A stretch of 64,000 bases of DNA, taken from the NCBI GenBank assembly GCA_041660505.1, contig JBAZWG010000001.1, forward strand, positions 307,979-371,978, given 5' to 3'. This document shows positions 57,501 to 64,000 of this stretch, one piece after another. Numbering within the stretch: the first letter of the stretch is position 1; each line of letters starts with the position of its first letter. Both the position numbers and the translations under genes were made by a program. The notes below the pieces were generated by a model, which made no database searches, was not told where the DNA came from, and saw only the letters and a program-made list of their open reading frames with translations. This DNA is from Minisyncoccota bacterium (GTDB lineage Bacteria; Patescibacteriota; Minisyncoccia; Phycocordibacterales; JACRKE01).

Positions 57501-57822
57501 TGATGTTAGTTCCACCGCCACCGCCAGAAGGCCAATTGGGACCCGTAACACAATTTCCGATATGGTCCGCTCTGGTAACATCAAAAAAACAAAATTGACC
57601 ACCAACCACTTTACTTGGCGTCAAAACACCGAATGGGTCGGTATTCATGTTCCCCACAATAACTCGCCCTTGTTTAACTTGTCCGGCAGGGCTAACATTA
57701 AGGGGTGCATCACAGCCCGAGTCGCCAGAAAGACAGCCCGGTGGCGTACGTAGTGGGCCAGTCCATGCCAAGACGACAATTGGGGCGACTAGTAGTATAA
57801 ATAGAGCGAAAGTTTTTTTCAT
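54514..57822 (-). CDS. Secreted fibre/adhesin-like mosaic protein
   Basis: Signal peptide, AWTGP..DAPLNVS N-motif shared with the 48362 gene, EF-hand-like DVDGD, collagen-like GPAGP. Confidence 0.85.
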   Translation of the reverse strand: MKKTFALFILLVAPIVVLAWTGPLRTPPGCLSGDSGCDAPLNVSPAGQVKQGRVIVGNMNTDPFGVLTPSKVVGGQFCFFDVTRADHIGNCVTGPNWPSGGGGGTNITNSFTQYDWTQISNHITNTNICTPEQIATGQTADCIIITPGGSGLTGQGTPGRLARWFGATNLGDSLFYEFTDNNGVVHPGVGNNNNNFFTQLFNVAGNIKTLGLCLPDDQHCINKWSDLVTRDFIDTGISELNKGNGIVFTGNGADPNKITTSGTISADTPTILTAIGDCGVDKVIQGFDQTTRRPICVPKIQCVGTNCPPPPPGVTGGGTPGYLPKWVGGSVLGDSMVRQYDSFPGNPGAIEIGTSVRVKSPLGISIRHTGNVRSATGIITETNGVDARGVDATVTGQGSIAISGVSSGNGSTAGSFTGYPGSMALVTSGPLKFTGINEGDKKVLASDATGNASWKSLSELGGGGGGGGNCRGGAATSQQKVTNYLLGTYTPTTVEFAELDVDGDNRITQDDYAMCVYISIGITKAEAVRKAHGAYGAEVADAPTDPANLYVDGRIGVGVRKPKDARLEVSADKGAAIRGESTGNYGIVGHGNTYGVMGYNNLGGAGVVGRGGGPGGVGGDFSASDKDGTAVIARAKVLISATGKSPGVAGVPPAVLPPMTATDAPPTPKTMTLPSGLGFMSSTSACPSGMTKLDSFTAHISNLHAICEPNNHRLTTWADVPGGVGMVVVKGASGVQEERATCPSGWTTLDQMRDTGGDLIPHKALAICHAPNDTKFEDWYTSVHSYTNTPVTQEGPAVVAPNTSVYGYAAVAGLHAKCFAGYTNNPGSMGLGRGQLDAGTIFSFVPGVSTSLDTLLYKGVCYPLVPASESNIFSINASASKTIANVEKKGLLASVGSWFSSLFGGDEQQSQKQTASVSSLIGTAQAQTAPQLMLEVGGKVRIADGTEGLSTGQTSKILASFGDGTASWKSLTDLGITGGGTGGTVGPMGPAGPAGPQGPAGTGATIANYNSLPAGSIAGYGVSAFIQPQTYCTPTSCEIPDSVIAAKVASGDFMTSFIAPMSGKGCEAGWKIVTTGAISFNIKDNAQLANEARTYAFSCIKR

Positions 57823-57829
57823 AAAAAAA

Positions 57830-58144
57830 TTATTTATTATTTTTTAAAAGATTTTGTACTTGTTTAAGACTTAGGACGGGGTGGCTACTGGTATCGATAT
57901 TAGAAGTTAATAGTTTTTTGCTCTCGGTTTCGCTTAAAATCGGCCCTTGTGTTTTGTTTTTAATATTGGTTCCTGCTTCCGGTGCGAAAGTAAGCTCATT
58001 ATCTACCGCTTTTGGCGGGTTAAGGTATACATAAAGCCCGGTACTGCCGAGAAGCAGTAAGACGGTGATGCTTAATGCGACAAGCGGCCATCTTTTGTGA
58101 GTTGGCACCGACGGTTCATAAAGTTGTTCGAGTTCTTGACGCAT
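57830..58144 (-). CDS. Small single-TM hypothetical protein
   Basis: ATG 58144 abuts the upstream stop; one TM. Confidence 0.6.
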   Translation of the reverse strand: MRQELEQLYEPSVPTHKRWPLVALSITVLLLLGSTGLYVYLNPPKAVDNELTFAPEAGTNIKNKTQGPILSETESKKLLTSNIDTSSHPVLSLKQVQNLLKNNK

Positions 58145-58145
58145 T

Positions 58146-58394
58146 TTATTTACGATTTCGAGAATTAAACATCGCATCCATATTGTTGCGATATTTGGCG
58201 ATAGTCTGCTCAAGCTGGGCCGCAGAGGCAGGGCTCCCCGGCTGATATGTCATCGTATTAGACGCGGGCACAGTATTCGCAGGCGCCGATTGTTTTAAAA
58301 GAACCATGGCGAAGATGCCAATTGTGCCAAGCACAAGTAAAACCAACGCACACACGATAAAAATAATTTTCGCTCGCGTACTCACGCTATTCAT
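58146..58394 (-). CDS. Small single-TM hypothetical protein
   Basis: N-terminal TM; co-oriented with the pilus locus. Confidence 0.6.
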   Translation of the reverse strand: MNSVSTRAKIIFIVCALVLLVLGTIGIFAMVLLKQSAPANTVPASNTMTYQPGSPASAAQLEQTIAKYRNNMDAMFNSRNRK

Positions 58395-58426
58395 TATACT
58401 AGAGGTGCGCTGTTTAAAACAGGTAT

Positions 58427-58497
58427 TTGACTGTTGATAACTTTGTATGGTAGTATATTATGTCTGTCCGTCGGTATCCGAACGGACATTTCTTTTA
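58427..58497 (+). promoter_or_regulatory. nusA promoter (TTGACT-18-TAGTAT) and leader hairpin with U-tract (possible attenuator)
   Basis: TGTCCGTCGG-TAT-CCGAACGGACA followed by TTTCTTTT. Confidence 0.55.
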
Positions 58498-58509
58498 TAA
58501 AATAATGAA

Positions 58510-58553
58510 TACCGAGGTTCAACCTTGAGCATCTTAAAGGTTGAACCTCGGTA
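58510..58553. repeat. Family A dyad upstream of nusA
   Basis: TACCGAGGTTCAACCTT-GAGCATCTTA-AAGGTTGAACCTCGGTA. Confidence 0.9.
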
Positions 58554-58563
58554 CCCACAAATT

Positions 58564-59718
58564 ATGTTCGACATGAAAGCAATGACGGGTGCGCTAACAC
58601 AGCTCGAAGAAGAGCGCGGCATCCCTAAGGAGAAGATTATAGAGGCTATCGAGCTGGCCCTAGCCGCCGCGTACAAGAAAGATTACGGCAAGAAGAACCA
58701 GATAATCCGCGCGCACTTCGATATCACGACCGGCGCCCTGCAATTCGAGCAGGTCAAGAAAGTGGTGGATGAGTCGGTGCTAAAAGGCGAAGATGAAGAA
58801 GACGAGGAAGAGACGGAGGGTGATTCGCCAGCCGGCGAAAAGAAAGTCCGCTTCAATGAAGACCATCACATCATGCTCGCCGATGCGAAAATTATGAAGA
58901 AAGACGCCCAAGTTGGCGATGAATTGGTCTTCCCCTTGGACGACAAAGAAGACTTCGGCCGTATTGCCGCCCAGACAGCCAAGCAAGTCATCATTCAGCG
59001 TATTCGTGAAGCAGAGAGAGTCTCTATATTAGGAGAGTATGCCACCAAGGCCGGCGACATAGTCCAAGGCAAGGTCCAACAGATGGAGCGTGGCAACGTC
59101 TTCGTCGACCTCGGCCGAGCCGTCGGCATCCTCCCCTATGACGAGCAGATACCGGGCGAGCATTATCGCCAAGGCGAAAGAATAAAAGCATATCTTGTTC
59201 GCGTCGAGGAAGGCCCGCGCGGTGTTACCCTTCGCCTTTCTCGCTCGCATCCGCAATTTATTACTAAACTTTTCGAAATGGAGGCGCCAGAGATCGCAAG
59301 CGGTACCGTGCTTATTACAAACGTCGCCCGTGAAGCCGGTTCCCGCTCCAAGATTGCCGTTAAGGCGACAGACCCGCACATTGACCCTGTCGGCTCGTGC
59401 GTCGGCCAGCGCGGCGTCCGCGTCTCAACGGTCATCAGCGAACTCGGTGGCGAGAAGCTAGACATTATAGAGTGGTCGCCGATACCGGAGCAGTTCATCA
59501 GCAACGCCCTCTCCCCCGCAACTGCATCGAGCATTCAATTATTCCCAGAGACTAATGAGGCGAAAGTAGAAGTCGCCGCCGACCAGTTCTCCCTTGCTAT
59601 CGGCCGCGGAGGCCAGAACGTGCGCCTCGCCGCCAAGCTTACCGGCTGGAAGATAGACATCAGCTCGCCGGATATGCCGAAGCCGGAAGCCGTCGAAGCG
59701 CCTGCAGTTGCAGAATAA
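58564..59718 (+). CDS. nusA: Transcription factor NusA
   Basis: [57 protein letters not shown]. Confidence 0.98.
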   Translation: MFDMKAMTGALTQLEEERGIPKEKIIEAIELALAAAYKKDYGKKNQIIRAHFDITTGALQFEQVKKVVDESVLKGEDEEDEEETEGDSPAGEKKVRFNEDHHIMLADAKIMKKDAQVGDELVFPLDDKEDFGRIAAQTAKQVIIQRIREAERVSILGEYATKAGDIVQGKVQQMERGNVFVDLGRAVGILPYDEQIPGEHYRQGERIKAYLVRVEEGPRGVTLRLSRSHPQFITKLFEMEAPEIASGTVLITNVAREAGSRSKIAVKATDPHIDPVGSCVGQRGVRVSTVISELGGEKLDIIEWSPIPEQFISNALSPATASSIQLFPETNEAKVEVAADQFSLAIGRGGQNVRLAAKLTGWKIDISSPDMPKPEAVEAPAVAE

Positions 59719-59724
59719 AAAAAC

Positions 59725-59790
59725 GGAATTTAAGAATTTTGGAATTAAAGAATATTCTGAAATTCTCAAATTCCTTAATTCTAAAATTCT
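59725..59790. repeat. Inverted pair of octamer arrays (GAATTNNN)3...(NNNAATTC)4
   Basis: Related arrays at 11271, 15113 and 52123. Confidence 0.7.
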
Positions 59791-59800
59791 GTCAAAAGCC

Positions 59801-59986
59801 ATGAATCAAAAAACTCCCGTTGGTCCAATAATTGGTTCCGGCATAGTTGTATTGGTGCTCGTCTTCGGCGCGGCGAGTCTCATAAGCAAAGTCTTCGCCG
59901 AGCGTGCGCACCCGACCGTTTTGCCCACCATCACAGAATACCAGCGCATAGATGAGACAGCCTCCACCTCACCGGCGAGACGGTAG
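59801..59986 (+). CDS. Small membrane protein
   Basis: MNQKTPVGPIIGSGIVVLVLVFGA. Confidence 0.6.
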   Translation: MNQKTPVGPIIGSGIVVLVLVFGAASLISKVFAERAHPTVLPTITEYQRIDETASTSPARR

Positions 59987-60027
59987 CAATTCTGGAACAG
60001 GGTGACGATTTGTGGTAAGATCGGGAC

Positions 60028-60897
60028 ATGAAAGCGCCGGATGAAACCTTACAAAAATTAAGAGAATATTTTGAAAAGCGTGATGACGTTGTTTTAGCTT
60101 ACCTCTTCGGTTCGCAGGCAAAGGGGACAGCGACACCTCATCGGTCGGACTATGACATCGCCGTTTATTTCGCGACCCCGTCCGGGACATTCGAATATGA
60201 AGCTGAAACTGGTGAATACCAGACCGAGAGTGCGATCTGGAGCGACTTGGAATCAATTACACATGAAGATATTGATCTTGTGGTTCTTAATCGGGCGCCT
60301 GCCTCTGTGGTCTTTTCCGCTATAAACGGGACCGAGGTTCTTGCAGAAAAAGATCGCGACCTTTTTATGAAGTTACTTCTCAAGAGCAGTGCCGATGCTG
60401 AAGACTACGCCGAGATGGTGCGCGATTACGCCGAGATAGCCGCAAGGTCCAGATCGCTAAGCCCGCAAGACATTCTCCGTTTAGAAAAAATCATGACATT
60501 CATGGGCAACGAAATGATCTTGCTCGAACAATATGGCGCAATCAGCCAGATCGAATTTCAACAGGATCCGCGGGCTAGGCGAGTGCTTGAACGCTCCGTC
60601 GAAATGCTCGTCAACGCAGGGCTTGATATTGCCAAAATATTGCTCGCTTCCGGCCGAAGAAACATTCCGGACAAGTATGCCGAAGTAATGAAGAATCTTG
60701 GATATCTGGATAATTTTGACAATGACACCGCCTTGTGGCTGTCACGTTCCGCAACGCTCCGCAACATTGTCGCGCATGAATATCTCGATCTTGAATATAC
60801 AAAGATAACCACCTTCCTGACGGGGAAAGAAAAGTATTTTACTTACTTAATGCAATACGCGAAAGAGGCGGTCCGAAAACAGAGAGAAGAAAAGTAG
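60028..60897 (+). CDS. Fused MNT-HEPN protein
   Basis: N-terminal GSQAKGTATPHRSDYD and C-terminal RNIVAHEY in one ORF. Confidence 0.88.
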   Translation: MKAPDETLQKLREYFEKRDDVVLAYLFGSQAKGTATPHRSDYDIAVYFATPSGTFEYEAETGEYQTESAIWSDLESITHEDIDLVVLNRAPASVVFSAINGTEVLAEKDRDLFMKLLLKSSADAEDYAEMVRDYAEIAARSRSLSPQDILRLEKIMTFMGNEMILLEQYGAISQIEFQQDPRARRVLERSVEMLVNAGLDIAKILLASGRRNIPDKYAEVMKNLGYLDNFDNDTALWLSRSATLRNIVAHEYLDLEYTKITTFLTGKEKYFTYLMQYAKEAVRKQREEK

Positions 60898-60907
60898 CGC
60901 GTAGCCA

Positions 60908-60936
60908 TTTGCAAATTTGGCGGGGGGGGGTAGAAT
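60908..60936 (+). promoter_or_regulatory. Promoter TTGCAA..G9-TAGAAT with poly-G in the spacer
   Basis: G9 at 60922-60930 directly before TAGAAT at 60931-60936. Confidence 0.65.
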
Positions 60937-60964
60937 GGATGTATTAATGCGTAATAAATTTTCT

Positions 60965-62695
60965 ATGAAAAAATATTTGGCGGGTCTGTTAATGACAGGC
61001 CTTGTTTTTGTTGCCGGTGCCGGTCTGGCGCAAGCCTCGACGTTAACTGACATGCAGGCACAAGTATCTAACATTTTGACTCAAGTCCAACAGTTACCGA
61101 GCGACACGATTGCCCAACTTCAGCTCAAAGTTTCGCTTCTCACTGGCGCGCTTGGACTCCAGCGACAGGTGAACACGTTGATCCAACATGAATCTTCCAC
61201 GATCAGCGCACAGACAGCGCAACAATCCGTTGATTGGAGATCACAGAATGCTTCACAAAATATCCCCATACTTTCATCTTTATCACCTACTTCAGGGGTA
61301 GTTGGAACAAGTGTCGCCATACAAGGGGAAAATATTGCCGTGTATGATCGTATTATTCTTCTTGGCGGACAAGCCGGATTGTCTTATGGAGTAGCGAGAT
61401 ACCGAGGTGAAGCGACTATATACAGGGGTGTTGCGGGCGGAATGGGTCAAGGTGCAAGTGGATCATTTTTTTACTTCATTATACCGACACAAGGTACTAT
61501 CGGGGGTTGTACCGGCTGTGCACCCGCACCGATAGTTACTCTTCCGGCTGGTGTATATGATGTGAGGGTTGAAAAGTCGGGATATACCGGCTCCGGGCCA
61601 ACAAGCAATTCTATGCAATTTCAGCTAATTGATACCGTAGCACCGACACCAAATGTGGTTATCTCGCCAGCCAATCCTTCAATTTCTATTTCATCCCCTG
61701 TCGCCGGCCAGACTTATTACAACGGTGAGAAAGATGTTATCTCAAACATTCAGTGGTCAACGTCGAACTTCGGTGGCATGAGTGTTTCTATTGTGTTAGA
61801 TGGACCGGCAATTCATAAAGTTCTCGCCGACACTATTCCAAACACGGGAAACTATACTTGGCATTCAGACACAACACTACCTAGTGGAAATTACACGATT
61901 CGCATCATAGGCGTTGTGCCGGGGTCAGAAAAGGGTCCGTTCGGTGAGGCCACAACTGCATTCTACTTAAACACCTATGTGCCCGCACCAACAATTTCTG
62001 TTATTTCGCCAACAACTGGAAATGTATTAAGTAATGGTGAAAAAGCTGTCATTACGCATGTCCAATGGACGACATCTAATTTCAATGGGTTAAACGTCAG
62101 TATTGTTTTGGAAGGAAGTGGTAACGGAATCTATAAAACCATCGCGAACACTGTTCCAAACACTGGCACTTACGCGTGGGCAACAGACTCGACAGTTCCC
62201 AGTGGCATTTATAGACTACGCCTCATGGGTGTAGTTCCCAACTCGGAGAAAGGCCCATTCGGCGAGGCCTACAGCGGATATTTTACAATCACCACACAAA
62301 CAGCGAGTATCCAGCCAACCCCGCTAGTTAACTATGATTTCAATGTTTCTATGGATGGTACTCCTAACTATGGCGGAATAATAGAAGTCGAAGCAGGAAA
62401 AAGTATTCATAAACAAGTTCGGTTTACAGTCGCCGGCAATCGTTCGCAGATAGTTGTTCCGACAGACAGCATACACACTACCTATATAAACGAAACAATG
62501 CCTAGGATTTCGTGGGACAGGAGCGAGTACAGCACGACTGAAGGAGGTGATATCGGAACGCTTACAATATCGACCGCGGGGGTCATTCCGGGACTTTCAG
62601 TAAGTGTTACGCATTCATTTAACGGGCGAGTATCAGGATCTAAGCAGATTTGGTATACACTTCGAGTGAAGAGTCCGTCTGCCACGATCCAATAG
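60965..62695 (+). CDS. Secreted Ig-rich surface protein, same family as the 21705 and 25220 genes
   Basis: MKKYLAGLLMTGLVFV signal, shared helical N-domain, duplicated Ig module (NGEK..QW.TSNF..PNTG.Y.W..SEKGPFGEA). Confidence 0.85.
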   Translation: MKKYLAGLLMTGLVFVAGAGLAQASTLTDMQAQVSNILTQVQQLPSDTIAQLQLKVSLLTGALGLQRQVNTLIQHESSTISAQTAQQSVDWRSQNASQNIPILSSLSPTSGVVGTSVAIQGENIAVYDRIILLGGQAGLSYGVARYRGEATIYRGVAGGMGQGASGSFFYFIIPTQGTIGGCTGCAPAPIVTLPAGVYDVRVEKSGYTGSGPTSNSMQFQLIDTVAPTPNVVISPANPSISISSPVAGQTYYNGEKDVISNIQWSTSNFGGMSVSIVLDGPAIHKVLADTIPNTGNYTWHSDTTLPSGNYTIRIIGVVPGSEKGPFGEATTAFYLNTYVPAPTISVISPTTGNVLSNGEKAVITHVQWTTSNFNGLNVSIVLEGSGNGIYKTIANTVPNTGTYAWATDSTVPSGIYRLRLMGVVPNSEKGPFGEAYSGYFTITTQTASIQPTPLVNYDFNVSMDGTPNYGGIIEVEAGKSIHKQVRFTVAGNRSQIVVPTDSIHTTYINETMPRISWDRSEYSTTEGGDIGTLTISTAGVIPGLSVSVTHSFNGRVSGSKQIWYTLRVKSPSATIQ

Positions 62696-62727
62696 GGCGG
62701 TTTGCTACCCTATTAATGGTTGTGGTA

Positions 62728-62794
62728 AATCTGGTCAACATCGGATGTTGACCAGATTTCAGTCCCCTCTCCTTCGGAGAGGGTTAGGGTGAGG
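62728..62794. repeat. Family C hairpin (62728-62759) plus family D repeat (62764-62794) between convergent genes
   Basis: AAATCTGGTCAACAT-CGG-ATGTTGACCAGATTT; CCCCTCTCCTTCGGAGAGGGTTAGGGTGAGG. Confidence 0.8.
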
Positions 62795-64000
62795 TGGTAT
62801 TGGATGTCAGCGCGAAGTTATTTTTCGCGTAATTGTACAAATTGCGAATGTCTGTGCCTACGTCCGGTGAACCTAACGCTATTATTGCTATTGGATGAGA
62901 GACACCGTTGTTTTGCAGATTAAACAATGCCACCATCGTCTCCTCCGCTGCGATAGTTTTACCGATTTTGCCACCAATGAAGGCCGGGTCGCCGGCGAAG
63001 ATGTTGAAGTTCTGCAGATCACCGAAGTCTGGCGCATCATAGGCGGTCGTCTTAAGTGTACCAGCCGATAATTTCAAAACAAAGCTTCTATTCGTATACA
63101 AGAATTTAGAAAGCTGGAAGAGATCTTCTGCGCTCGAAGTGTTGCCAGAGTCTCCACCGAACGGGTCGGTGAAGTGAGTGTGCGTCATGCCAATAGCCAA
63201 TGCCTTTCTGTTCATATTATTCACGAAGCTATTACCTGGCATTAGGTGTGCGAGCGCGACTGCCGCCTCATTCGATGACTCTTGCAAGAGCGGATAGAGA
63301 AGCTCGTAAGTGGTGTACTCCCTGCCGGCTTCAAGACGCGGGATAGAAGTCGTCGCCAGCATCTCTTTTGTGATTTCTACTTTTTTATCAAGATTTATAT
63401 ATTCTGCGGCGGTAAGCGCGGTTACAAGCTTTACTACAGAGGCTATCGGCACGACTTCTGTTTTCCCTTTCTCGGTAAAGACGAAGTTGTTGGTCAGATC
63501 GGCGACGAGGTACTGTCGCGCCTTCACCTGCGGCGGGCGGAAAGCGTAGCTTGAGTTATCGCCAGAGAACGACGCTTCATACACCAAAACCGGCATATTC
63601 ACTTTTACCAAGTCATAAACTTTCTTGGCGTCATCAGTGTTGAGACGGATACAACCGCCGGAATAGGTCGAGGCGACCGGCGTGCCGTCCTCATGATACG
63701 GCCAGCCGTGGATGAAGAAGTTGCCTTGGAAGACCATGCTCCATGGCTGATAAACACTGCCGAATGTCGAGAAATGATTCTTCTCTTTCGTTTCTATTTT
63801 ATAAATCCCTGCCGGCGTCTCCCACCAAGAACCGGGCTTGCCTTTGGTCAAAATTGGCACTTCCAGAACAGCTACGCCGTCTTGATAGACGTCGAGCTTC
63901 ATTGTCGTTAAATTCGCCTCAATAAAGCTGGTCTTGGCGTCTACGAAAGCTTTACGCGCATCGTCGAAATATTTGGCATTGCCAAGCGCAGAATATGAGC
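62784..64000 (-). CDS. L,D-transpeptidase (YkuD) fused to a D-Ala-D-Ala carboxypeptidase (S11)-like domain; start probably outside the window
   Basis: ETPAG, FIHGWP..SGGCIRL; ASVVK (SxxK), SSN, GKIG. Confidence 0.88.
   Translation of the reverse strand, partial: SYSALGNAKYFDDARKAFVDAKTSFIEANLTTMKLDVYQDGVAVLEVPILTKGKPGSWWETPAGIYKIETKEKNHFSTFGSVYQPWSMVFQGNFFIHGWPYHEDGTPVASTYSGGCIRLNTDDAKKVYDLVKVNMPVLVYEASFSGDNSSYAFRPPQVKARQYLVADLTNNFVFTEKGKTEVVPIASVVKLVTALTAAEYINLDKKVEITKEMLATTSIPRLEAGREYTTYELLYPLLQESSNEAAVALAHLMPGNSFVNNMNRKALAIGMTHTHFTDPFGGDSGNTSSAEDLFQLSKFLYTNRSFVLKLSAGTLKTTAYDAPDFGDLQNFNIFAGDPAFIGGKIGKTIAAEETMVALFNLQNNGVSHPIAIIALGSPDVGTDIRNLYNYAKNNFALTSNTTSP

Noticed and set aside
48362-57822. 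Prophage tail-fibre region
   Set aside because: The proteins have signal peptides and lie in a pilus locus; there are no capsid, terminase or integrase genes.
5115-58553. 36-bp family A dyads as CRISPR repeats
   Set aside because: They are dispersed singly between genes, with no repeat-spacer array and no cas genes in the window.

Overview
This looks like a chromosomal window from a Patescibacteria/CPR (Parcubacteria-like) bacterium. That assignment is inferred from gene content, divergent ribosomal proteins, apparently leaderless starts, a split ComEC and a type IV pilus locus. The backbone is the str/S10/spc cluster on the minus strand (rpsL-rpsG-fusA-tuf-rpsJ...rplE), followed by rpmB, comEC (two genes), rnhA, recJ, HIT, pgk, tpiA, a T4P locus (pilX/W/V-like, pilC, pilB) with two adhesin-like proteins, nusA, and an L,D-transpeptidase/DD-carboxypeptidase fusion. 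Overlaid on this backbone are: (1) a RAYT/IS200-like HUH Y1 transposase inserted between rplB and rpsS, plus more than 20 short dispersed palindromes (REP/REPIN-like, several families) filling most ribosomal intergenic spacers and translated in-frame inside at least five proteins; (2) about 9.7 kb between fusA and tuf holding three Ig-rich surface proteins alternating with MNT/HEPN toxin-antitoxin genes, and a similar pairing at 60 kb, with poly-G tracts in two promoter spacers; (3) two putative RNase genes, each facing a convergent small RNA with its own sigma70 promoter; (4) a diverged tandem cassette pair with conserved structured flanks; (5) an AAA-ATPase gene inserted with duplication of the pilC 5' end. 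All calls come from reading the sequence; no searches were run.
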